Source of the DNA: Tubiluchus corallicola
Lineage: Eukaryota; Animalia; Priapulida
NCBI GenBank assembly: GCA_030141605.1
Contig: JAQGDQ010000094.1
Coordinates: 558,001-622,000 of the forward strand
DNA: 64,000 nucleotides
Direction: 5' to 3'
Shown here: positions 24,281-34,760 of the stretch, one piece after another
Position numbering within the stretch: the first letter of the stretch is position 1
How the letters are laid out: each line of letters opens with the position of its first letter
Translations under genes and position numbers: made by a program
The notes under the pieces: model-generated
Database searches by the model: none
What the model saw: the letters and a program-made list of their open reading frames with translations, nothing else
Told to the model about the DNA's origin: nothing

Positions 24281-24489
24281 AATGTTATCTAGAATATAAA
24301 TATTTTTTCTTAGCTATTAAGTTATGAAAATACTGAAATAAAACTTTTAACGAAACGCTGAATTTGCAACGTATCTGTACACTTAGAGGTCCTCAGCTTT
24401 ATGAACGATCTTCATTATGTTAACGGTGTTAGCTTATCTGGCTTTAACTATAATGCTGCAATGAAGTTGGGTCTTCACCGCCAGGGCGT

Positions 24490-24830
24490 CTGATTGGCCG
24501 CTCCTCTAGTTAGTTTGTTCCCTCGTATTTCGCATGCCAAATGGTCAGGGTTCAAAGCTAGGGTGATGAAACTTTATACAAACAGACAGAGATTTGTAGA
24601 AATAATTCGCCTATGATCTTGTCTTGTGTACTTCATGCAGGTTTGCCTTCGGAACAGGTGCCACGATAGTAAAGACACCTGTCCGTTTACTTCCTGAATC
24701 AAAGATACTGTTCCATATCGGCAGTTTTATACCTTGTATGCAAAACTGATATGGATACCATCAATGGATCGAAACATCACAATATAGTGGTAAGGGGTGA
24801 AAATAAATGGCGGTTTGCCATCCTTACAGT
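24490..24830 (+). mobile_element. tRNA-derived SINE, copy B
   Basis: B-box-like GGGTTCAAAGC at 24548; CGGAACAGGTGC, hairpin TCCATAT...ATATGGA and CATCACAAT...GGGGTGAAAATAAATG are shared with copies A and C. Confidence 0.55.
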
Positions 24831-25402
24831 CCTACGAAATCCTATATCTACTCCATAATCGAATTTATAAAAAAGATAATTATTAAATTCAGAATCAAGA
24901 TGATGTACATACACTGTATATTTTTGTGTCACTATTTAGGTGGACATTTTTTGTCTCTTGATCATTTTATTTTGATTCCCACTTTGTCTCTGACTATGCT
25001 GACAACTGGATCAGTTAAAGTTTGCTCTGTAAACAAAATTAAATACCATTGACATGGCTAGATATTATACTTTATCATTCATATTTGCTTCTGCTTCTGT
25101 TTGCAGAATATCACCTTTCTCTCTTACTCTTATTATTAATCACCTATGTGCAGTATCTGGATAACTGGCACGGCAATAGAACTATAAAAGGGAGTTCTGG
25201 GAAAAAATTAAGTCAGGTTTATAGTCTTGATTTGTGGTCCTTGTGAAGCGAAGTCAAAAGCTCTCTTTGTTGATAGATCGTGCAGTAACAATAGGTCCTA
25301 GAATCTAGGCTTGTATGTACGGAACGGCATACATACTTACTGTTAGGAAAGAACCAATATCTCAAAGACAGAACATGGTAACATGTAGCCTACATTTTAA
25401 GC

Positions 25403-28400
25403 ATGATATGTAAGACTGCCATACTAACTCAGTGTGCCATTGGTAAATACATAAATGCATAGATATAGCCCAACTATCATCGCAGTATGTACAACTATTG
25501 CCTCGTACAATAATAGTACCCGTACAGGGGCAGTTACAACAATGTTATAAAAAAGCACAGGCAGTTCCAAAACCTAATATACAACACAGCTATAAATATT
25601 GTAACACATCATCAGACGTCAGTCAGGTCTGAGGTAGCAAACAAGTTTCTTATCACACTTCTGACACCAGTGTAGTGAAGAGGCGCTTCGTGTCAAATTA
25701 TGTTGATGTGCGCAGCTCAGTTAGATCAAGACAGAAGAGAGATTTATTGTAAAATCCCTTGCCAGGCCCTTTGTTGCGTGTTCTTGGCGATGGTCTGAAT
25801 CGTCAGATTTTTTAATTAAAACACATTTGCTGCTAGTCAAACGTTCAGGTGTCAGTTTGTTTTTGCATATACATGTAAATTATATTATCTGCTAGCACAG
25901 AGTCCAGTTCATGTATCAGGCATAAAGCTAAAATAGGCTAGATGCATTAAATAATCATGCTTTTTTTAGTTTTTCTGCATTCTTTAACGTTGGCCTTACC
26001 TATTTTCAGCTTTTACAGTGGTTGCCTTTAGTAATGCGACCCAAGCAGTCAACTGGGCTTATCACGTCCGTTTCAATGGCGTCTCCAAGAAATTAAAATG
26101 GAGTGCGCCTGAGAGTGAGATGTCCGATGAGAACTTGTGTTTCTTTGCACAGTATAAAATCAACAGCACTTCATGGAAGGTTGGTTTCGCTATTAGTTAT
26201 TCTTGCCATTCGATTTTTACGTGCAATCAAATAGATAATTACTCCTTATTTCAATGATGTCTATTTGATTTAATACCAAAAAGGTGCTAGAAAGCACATT
26301 TTTGATGACTGTCATCAAAAGAAATGAATTAACAAAATCCTTCAACGGAAACTTACATTCGACTTTTAACTCTCATTCTGTTCTGTAATCCGAATGCAGA
26401 GAAAGTTGTTATTTAGCATGTCGTTTGATGTACAGTGCACAAGGTACATAGCTTTTCCAGTTCGGAATTTTTCTTTTAAATGAAGCCAATTCCTCTCTTG
26501 TCCTCCGTAAAGATTTTATAGTCCTACTCTGCCAGCCCATTCTGCATTGTAGTTCCTATTATTGCATTAAATAAAGTTGAACTCGAGTGACATCACATAT
26601 TAATTATTTAGAAGCTCGACTGTCACATGTGCTCTCGGGTGTCCTTTATTATGAATACTACAAGTTTCAATTTTGCCAGGATTTACCTTGTGGCGATGGA
26701 CGGATTTCGCACAGCGTCAGGTCTGCTCGTATCGGATCATGTGAAGGTTATAGTTCAGATTTGACTTATGGTATGACAACTTGCTTATGCCAGAAGGATG
26801 AAATGCAGGATTACACTTGCCCTCCTGCGTCTGAAGCTATGACAGGTAGCATTAATTACTGATCTCATAACTGGAACAACTAAAACTCCCTTTTCAACAT
26901 TTAACATTTCACTGCCATTAGACCATTTTCCTACTCTGTGGAAAACCGCTAACGTCTGTCACCAACTCCAATCTTCTCAGTCTTGAAACTAGTCAAAATG
27001 AAGAACTAATCAAAATTAACAATTGGATGATAGCTAACAAACTAACAGTAAATTATAACAAGATCAAGTACATATTGATTACTAATAAACCTACTCGTCC
27101 TATTACAATCAAAATAAGCAATAATGTTCTTTATCAAACAAATAGAATCAAATATCTTGAACTACATATAGACGTTCACATGAAATAGAATACATACATA
27201 AAAACCATTGCGGATAAAGTTAATAAAAATTCTTGTACAATCAGCAGACTTACGTACTACACTGATACAAAAACCGTGAAGATGATATACTACTTTTATA
27301 CATCCCTATTTGCTTTGGGATGGGGGAGAGCAAAAAATAATAGCCTGCAATAATATATGTATAGACTGCGAGAGATCCAGGTTGGTTTTGATATGATTGT
27401 GATTAACGAAGAAAACCATGCGACATTTTTAGTTTTACGATACGTCACGATGTCGAGGTAAAAAAGCAAATAATGGACACCTATAGACGTAAAATTCTAC
27501 GAAAAGTTTATTATATTTCAGTTTTGTTATGGGTTGATGTATTTATCTACGCATTGTTTGGAATACCTTGCGTCCTATTGGTGTTTGTACTAACGCCATA
27601 TCTCATATGCTCAAAACGCAAAGACTGTAAGAATGAAGATGATGATGATGATGAAGACATTCCATTAGATGACAGCTCTTCAGTATCAAGTCTTGCAAAT
27701 GGTGTTGTTAGTGAACAAAGGCAGGAAGTGCGGCAATCCTTGAGTGCCGTGAACAATACAATAATTTCAAATGACGGTGTGTCTTTGGAGAACTTTGATA
27801 CTCGAACAAGCTTCAGTTATGTCGCAACAGACGGCACTATAGTATCACATGGGACTCGGCCACAGGAAAATAATAATTATGATTTAAGAAGCATTACGGA
27901 ACCAATACGTCCCGAACAAGGTACAAATAATGTTTTCGTGGTTCTACGTAACACATATTTAGTTGCTTTACTTAGTGAAATATTTGAATTTTCAGCAAAA
28001 TGTAAAATTGTAAAGAAAAACTAAATTCTTAAAGGGGAATAAAATGGAACTTTAAGGTATATCCCCCAAAAAACTTTCCACACAAAGTTACGTTACCCAG
28101 CCTTACGCTTACCTGTTTGAACGACTTATGTAATTGGATATTCATGTATCCCAGTCATCACCACTGACTCAACCAAAAAATGCATTGCTAATCTTACCAA
28201 CGGCGTAAAGTAATTCATACTTTTGCTTAGTTAGCAAAGAGTGTGCTACGAATGCTCTAATTTTTTGAAACTTTACCCAATGTTATCTAAACTTGTTTCA
28301 AATGACTTGCAGTCAAAATGGCTGCGCCAAATGGTCATCGCCGGACTTTAAATTTACAAGTTTTATACAGCGTTACTGATAGCGCAAACTCCGCGTGTAG

Positions 28401-29184
28401 TAAGATATCACGTTAGTGATAAAAAATTTCAAGACGAATTTTTAAGCTTTAATTCTCAAGAGGGTATTCTTGTCATTTGAAATGGGATTCAGGTTTTGTT
28501 ATGTGATTTAACTTGTGAAGTGGTTTCTGATAAACCCGTTTGTACTTCGTTAGTTTTTTTGTATTCTTCTCCCTTTCCTTTTTCATCTTTTCCCCGTTCC
28601 ATACCTCTTTTCGTATTTTAACGCAAGTTTTTGTTGCTTTCTTTCTGTTTTCCTTCTTGTGCGTTTCTCGTCTTCTTCTGCGACGTTGCTATTTGCCCCT
28701 TTTCATTTTTCTCTTGTTTTTCATCTTTTTTGCTGTATTTCTTCTTCTTTTTTTTCAGTTTTTCACATTTTGTGTTTGTTTTTGGTTTCGATGTAAATCT
28801 TTGTTATATTATATTATATTATATTATATTATATTATATTATATTATATTATATTATATTATATTATATTATATTATATTATATTATATTATATTATATT
28901 ATATTATATTATATTATATTATATTATATTATATTATATTATATTATATTATATTATATTATATTATATTATATTATATTATATTATATTATATTATATT
29001 ATATTATATTATATTATATTATATTATATTATATTATATTATATTATATTATTTAATTTCTGATGCTGATGATGATTTTACGTTTTGCAATTTTTTGTCT
29101 TTTTTTATAGGAGCAGATGCAGCTCCACCTGCTTATGAAGACTTATCACCTCCAGAGTACAATGCTGCTGTTAGACTTGAATGA
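25403..29184 (+). CDS. Uncharacterised type I single-pass membrane protein, 282 aa: signal peptide, 6-Cys FN3-like ectodomain, TM, acidic tail with two PPxY motifs
   Basis: Exons 25403-25442, 26010-26179, 26680-26845, 27522-27920 and 29111-29184 join through GT-AG introns (phases 1,0,1,1) into an open 849-nt frame. Signal peptide MICKTAILTQCAIAFTVVAFSNATQA; TM VFIYALFGIPCVLLVFVLTPYLI followed by CSKRK; C-terminus AAPPAYEDLSPPEYNAAVRLE*. Exon 1 is the least certain. Confidence 0.8.
26010..26179 (+). CDS. Membrane protein exon 2 (end of signal peptide, first half of ectodomain, ending QYKINSTSWK)
   Basis: tattttcag acceptor (an in-frame alternative lies at 26018/26019); AAG|gttggt donor. Confidence 0.72.
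26680..26845 (+). CDS. Membrane protein exon 3 (DLPCGDGR...TCPPASEAMT)
   Basis: ttttgccag acceptor (phase 0); ACA G|gtagca donor (phase 1). Confidence 0.78.
26925..27330 (+). mobile_element. Internally deleted CR1/L2-type LINE ORF2 remnant in an intron
   Basis: FPTLWKTANV (pre-RT motif) lies next to EELIKINNWMIANKLTVNYNK...IKYLELHID..MK*N..I (post-RT motifs). Confidence 0.75.
27522..27920 (+). CDS. Membrane protein exon 4 (TM helix and acidic/Ser-rich cytoplasmic region)
   Basis: atatttcag acceptor (phase 1); CAA G|gtacaa donor (phase 1); hydrophobic stretch followed by KRK. Confidence 0.85.
28804..29052. repeat. (ATATT)n microsatellite, ~50 units
   Basis: Uninterrupted pentamer array. Confidence 0.98.
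29111..29184 (+). CDS. Membrane protein last exon (GADAAPPAYEDLSPPEYNAAVRLE*)
   Basis: Long polypyrimidine tract and tatag acceptor (phase 1); two PPxY motifs; TGA. Confidence 0.82.
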
Positions 29185-29243
29185 CTGAGCGCTATAAATT
29201 TTCACTAAATTTGAGGTCTTGTATTTATTATATTTAAATATAC

Positions 29244-29276
29244 GACGTTTCGGCTACATTCTGCAACCTTTTTCAA
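29244..29276 (-). other. Degenerate minimal hammerhead-ribozyme motif of the Penelope-element type
   Basis: Minus strand TTGAAAAA-GGTTGCA-GAA-TGTAGCC-GAAAC-GTC: 7-bp stem II and GAAAC-GUC are intact; the CUGANGA box has two transitions. Confidence 0.4.
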
Positions 29277-30104
29277 ATGATTATTAAAAATGATCAAATT
29301 GCGCCCAATATTCTATTGTGCGTCTGTCCTATTTAGTATAGAAAATCTCTCAAATGGACACTATTATGCCTTCTGTACGCTGGTCGTCCCAGCACTTTCA
29401 TTGTATATAAATTTTGTTTTTACAAAGTGCAAATGAGTAAACTAAAGCTAAACTAATTAAGTAAATAACAACTGTATAACGACATATTTAAATCTTAAAA
29501 CATTGCGAGTGACAAAATATCTGCAATTTAGATTTTTTGGCGAGAACAACAGATTTTTTGCAATGCACTTTTGAACTTGAAAAGGTGTGGATCTTAAAAC
29601 ATTCCAAGCGACAAAATAGATCAGAACTGCATTGTATTATTGAGCTACGATGTACTATTTATAGTCGTGAGTCAACAATCAACCGCCTCCCCGGGGCCTC
29701 TTGGTTTTTACCTACGTAGAATTTCTGATGCATCACCCCCCACCATCACTCCGCACTGTGAATTAATTCCGCAAATAAGCTGCATTATTGCATTGTGTTG
29801 ACGATCTAATGAAATTTACATAAATTTCAATGTACGGTTTCACTTCTATTCACTGGGATAATTACTTTCGTGCGACGAATATTGCGTATTAACCAGGCGG
29901 CCATGTTTTTATATTTTTACAGTCCAGCAATAATCGGACACTGTACTTATTTTTGACGATTGGCGTGACCAGAATCTAGTTAAATATTATAGACACTTCT
30001 CTGAACCAGCACAGATCCTTTTAGCCGTATTTGGAAGTATCATGTGCACGTTTTCCCAATAAGGTAACAGTTGGTGCAGTATGGCAGACGAAACCGTCTA
30101 GAGG

Positions 30105-30165
30105 CAATTTTCCTGTTGGACGCCCATCCATTTACTAATTAGGCCCAACATTGGTTAACTTTATA
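30105..30165 (-). pseudogene. 5S rRNA-derived fragment (SINE head or pseudogene)
   Basis: Minus strand AAAGTTAACCAATGTTGGGCCTAATTAGTAAATGGATGGGCGTCC aligns with the 5S internal control region (GAAGTTAAGCA...GGGCC..GTTAGTACTTGGATGGG.GACC). Confidence 0.65.
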
Positions 30166-32297
30166 CTAATGTCACAAATTTGACTCCACTGTTAGTATAC
30201 TCACCCTCACCTTCCCACGCGTTTACATTTCTGATTATTAACATTTACCATTCGCAAAAATCCCATGGTATTTGGTGAATTTTATGTTGCTTGCATACTT
30301 TATTTACTTTTTAGCTAAACGTTGTTTTTACAACAACTAATAGACGCGCTTCTATTAGCATGCAATGTCTAAACCACAGCAAACTCAATTATATGTTAAA
30401 TATAAAAGGCTTAAAAGCTGTGGTAGCTATATGCTTTTTTACTTAAATTTGAATTTAGTCTAACATTAAAACATCAGTGAAATTATTTTTCACTAGTTCT
30501 AAAAAATTATTGTAAGCTATTTTAAAAAGTTTGACGCATTTTCTGAAAAAGATTCTTATTGTAAATGTTTCAAGACGTGCTAATTTGCAAATTATTACAG
30601 CAGGAAATGTGCACCTGATCATATGAAACAACCTTGATTGATCAACTGTTACTGTCAATCAATGCGCGAGCTTTTATCAGGACTGCTATAATAATGCAAA
30701 ACATTCTTTAAATAAAATTTATATCATAATTATACTCTTGGCAAAAAACAATTAGACAGAGAGCACATAGTGTGTAGTTGGCAAATTAAAGTAACTAAGA
30801 CTCGGAAAACGAGTAAAATCATATAAAATAGTGACGCAAACAACAGGTACAAATTGTAAATCTGTAGTGACTGTATACAATTAATAATTAGCAGTTATAT
30901 TAATAGCGTTGGTGCTGCAGATTTTATCATTTTTAATCTGTGATAATTTAGGCCGATCTTCCAATATGAGTTCCAATTAGAATGAGTTTATTTTGCATTT
31001 TTATACAGGTCTCTATAAGCTAAATAGAGTAAAATAGAATAATATAGCACTATTTTATCTTTATGCAAAAATAAGTGAGATAAAATAATATTGATACTGA
31101 GGTTTTCGTTTAGATTTTAAAACATACATACGTACTATATGTTCTATCTATTCATTTAAGGTGGCGAAATTAAAATCAACTTTGAGATTGAGAGACTTCT
31201 AATGCCAACTCCATGTTCGTTTAAACTGTCTTTTTGCAAAATTTTTATTGTTCTTGTGTCTTATTTCCCGATGCGCATCGTTTCCTTTTTTGTTGTCGGA
31301 TTTCCTAAAAATTTGATAATACCGGTGTATTCCTATGTGGGAATGTTAGGCATTGTAAATCGCAAAGAATCGCAAAGCCATATTTTGGAGAAATGAATTG
31401 ATTGGCGTGAAATAGATTCAAATGTTATAATCACAGACATGCGTTAAAATAAACAATAAGAAAAGTTGAAAAAAGTAAGTGCATCACAAAAATTGTTAGT
31501 ATCCCTATGATTTTAAGAACCGTGATGTATATAGATGTACACAGATATACAGATGATATATAACGCAGTAGCTACAAAATAGAAAAGCAATAATGATTGT
31601 AAAAAAACATTAAAAAGGGTTCTTTGGGAGCGTTTTAAGAACTCGTTACCAACTTCTAAGATCAAAGTTAAAGGTAAAAAGTGATCTTATTCTTCTCAAA
31701 TCTAATAATGAAATCTGTCACTGTTACAGTTCAAAATATTGTACTTTTGCAGGGGAGTTTTGTGAAGAATCTTTAATCGTGCGTGACCTTGCAGAAGTAG
31801 CGATTAATTGTAGATAGTGTCCACGCAGCGGCTGAGACTTATGACCTTTTTCAATGACTTTTTTGTTTTCCATCATCTCTAGTGACTTAATAGCTGAATT
31901 CATTTTTGATGTGTGTTGCTTATAGCGTGTTGCAAGGGTTAAATAATTTCAGGGAAAAAGAAAGACGAATTCGAGTACAATAATAATTTAAACGTTAATA
32001 ATTTACACTTATATCATGTTTATGATAGATGAAGAGAGGTTTTGTTGAAACTCTAGTAACGATCGTTAAAGTGCAATATCACTGTTTTACAGCTTGCTAT
32101 AAAGTGTCGGTAGGAAATAATGGCTTGCTACAGGATCTGTTCTTGCCAGATTGAGTGCAGAGAGGGTGAAAGACAGTAAGAGAAATAAAATGCTAATAGA
32201 AAAAAGAGCAAAACGAGCGAAAAACGGGGGTAAAAAAAGAATAATAAAAATAGAAAAAAGAAGTAATGAAAAAGATGAGATGGTGCGCATCCTGAGA

Positions 32298-32350
32298 AAG
32301 AAAGAAAGAGAGAAAGCGAGAGAGAGAGAGAAAGCGAGAGAGAGAGAGAA

Positions 32351-32408
<58 letters not shown>

Positions 32409-32420
32409 CGCGTGTGTGTG
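32298..32420. repeat. (GA)n microsatellite with AAAGC interruptions
   Basis: Directly visible. Confidence 0.95.
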
Positions 32421-32675
32421 GGAGAGACAGAGGGAAAATAAGAGAGGAAGAGAAGCTTAAACGAACGAAAAAGTATGAATCGGAAGTGGTATCAATTTAC
32501 TATGCATGAGTTCTGTTTCATATACGCCGTAGCAGCAACGGTATGTCATGCATTTTTAACATCATATAGGTTGCTTTATATTACTATCTCCTATAGTAAT
32601 TAATAATGTACGAAATAGACGGTCAGTCTTGATTCGATCGTCAGCGTTGCAATTTAGGATAACAGAGAAACGCAA

Positions 32676-33012
32676 CAGCTTACCGGGCTTTCTACAGCTT
32701 ACCTGACTTTGTACAGCTTACCCGGTTTTCACAGCTTACTCAGCTTTCTACAGATTACCTGACTTTCTGAAGATTACCAGCCTTTCTGCAACTTACCTGG
32801 CTTTCTGCAACTTGCCTGGTTTTCTACAGCTTACCCAGCTGTCGGCCACTTAGATGGCTTTCTACAGTTTACCTGCTCTCTACAGCTTACCCGGCTTTCT
32901 GCAACTTACATGGCTTTCTACAGTTTACCTGGCTTTCTACAGATTACCCGGTTTTCTGCAACTTACATGGCTTTCTACAGTTTACCTGCTTTCTACAGAT
33001 TACCCGATTTTC
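32676..33012. repeat. 19-bp minisatellite, ~17 diverged copies (consensus about CAGCTTACCTGGCTTTCTA)
   Basis: Head-to-tail units, with one interruption near 32841-32855. Confidence 0.9.
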
Positions 33013-33364
33013 TTTATTGTACATAAAACGCTTCTGCCTAGTCGTAAATACATGCCACAGTCAATGAAATGTTTAGTGCACTCTATTGGAATAGAAATTT
33101 GAGGAAACACTGGTTACGTGGATTTCAACATTTTGATGACAAGTTATTGCGTTGCCTTCAAGTTCAATTTTTAACTTATTTCACGTTTTTGCGTCTTTCT
33201 GCCCATAAGTGTGGGCCACTAGGTTCAACAAATTATGCGGTTAACAGTTCTAATTTACGTGTGCTTTATTTTTGTATACTACTTATACACAGAAAACGAT
33301 ATATCAGAGTCACAATTAACAAAATAATAAATTTCACGAGAAATGATGTTGCAACAAGCTAAAA

Positions 33365-33575
33365 GTTTAAAAAGCCCGCCCAGTCTTACGACACTATGGG
33401 AATCCATCTTAGCAGTTATAGCTGAAGTTACAGTATTGAGATACATAGTGGTACTAATGAGCTATCACCTTGCTCAAAGTCGTTGATTTCTGCATACCAT
33501 GTAGCGTACCCGTATGCCAATGATTCTAACCCTGCAGGCCACGGCCTGTCAACCAGGACTTTTTCAATCTTAGCT
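33365..33575 (-). mobile_element. Degenerate tRNA-derived SINE remnant
   Basis: Minus strand B-box-like GGGTTAGAATC followed by CTTTGAGCAAGG, which resembles a common SINE core segment. Confidence 0.35.
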
Positions 33576-34493
33576 TAATTTTATTCTGTGTAGGTTTGCA
33601 GTGTATGATGCGTTTTCTGATTTTGATTTTGAAGCACTGGCTAATGCACGACGTCAATGAGTGTGGTTTCATTGAATTCCCAAAATCCTTTAAGGTGAAA
33701 TGCACAATAAGTTTAAAAAGAATAAAAAAGTAAGAAAGAATAATAAAAACTTTTATAAAGTCATATTAAAGGTAAAACAGCTCAACCTTGCAGGTATAAA
33801 CATGTAAGTGTCCCTAAAGGGTAAATACGAACTGAAGCTTTCCTTATAAAGGTCACATTGTCATTCAGTGATTAATCAATTGACTTAGTCTACAAAGCCA
33901 GTGGTCATTTTTCAATCGAATTTACGATGTGTCACACGACAGTTTATCTACAGTTCGCTTTCACATATTTTACATATTATCCTTTCTCAAACTACATGCT
34001 AATGATTTACATTCTATGTTTGAGTAATTACGGTATCATGCATATTACATGGCTAGCGTTGTTGTGAGAGTATTTGCAGCGTGATGTGGTTTTTATTGAC
34101 CGTGCTACTCTCTGTACCTTACGAGAGCTTGTGCAGCGATATGTCATTGCGCCTGATCTGCATATTTATACAAGCCGAAGCTGAGTGCATGATATGTGTT
34201 TAGAATATAATATTGCATGAAATTATGCTCTCAGAGAGATGGTAAACGTTGAAGTGGACATTTGCTATGATTTATAAGCTATGGGCAGAAAGTTGGACGA
34301 ACGCCGTTTGCCATGCTATTAATTTCAAGAAGAAAGTTTTGTTTTCACATTTTAAAGAAATTCCAATTACGTTTAACTGCTGAAAGGCCGCAACGTATAC
34401 ATAATGTGACCAGTTAATTAAAATAAGTGATGAAAATTCTGCTATCTATTCATTCCAGGCATACAATATGATATTAATATAAACGAGTGTTTA

Positions 34494-34760
34494 GGCAACA
34501 GGAATGGCAGAATGGTTACTATATGTGGTTGATGACCGAAGTTAAGCAACAATTGCCATAGTCAATAAATGGATGGGTTACCACCGGGAGCAATACTCAT
34601 TTTAAGTGGTTAAGATTTCACCGCCGTCTTAGTGTCATCTTGAGGTTAATCCCAATAATTACCTAGATACAGGTCCTGCCACAATGTTAATTAGGCTCTT
34701 TCATTGAGTGCTGAATCCCAGTGTGTAATGTCCTGAACTTTCTGAAGAATCATCCTACAT
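34494..34760 (+). mobile_element. SINE remnant with a tRNA A-box-like start and a 5S rRNA-derived segment (34531-34590)
   Basis: TGGCAGAATGGTTA, then GATGACCGAAGTTAAGCAAC...GTCAATAAATGGATGGGTTACC, matching the 5S A and C boxes; 3' boundary approximate. Confidence 0.6.

Noticed and set aside
25049-25246. Leu-rich ORF as the signal-peptide exon of the membrane protein
   Set aside because: Starts at TTG and its donor is phase 0, while exon 2 needs phase 1; 25403-25442 fits better.
25957-26031. MLFLVFLHSLTLALPIFSF as a signal peptide
   Set aside because: Out of frame with exon 2 and simply a translation of the polypyrimidine tract.
28540-29110. ORFs with YYIIL repeats (28540-29184 and 28631-29056)
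   Set aside because: Artefacts of the (ATATT)n microsatellite and T-rich intron; only 29111-29184 is a plausible exon.
32151-32441. ER-repeat ORF
   Set aside because: Translation of the (GA)n tract.
32676-33012. CRISPR-like array
   Set aside because: Units are contiguous with no unique spacers, there are no cas genes, and the context is eukaryotic.
30105-34590. Functional 5S rRNA genes
   Set aside because: Both matches are partial (~60 nt) and diverged, and lack the terminal helix.
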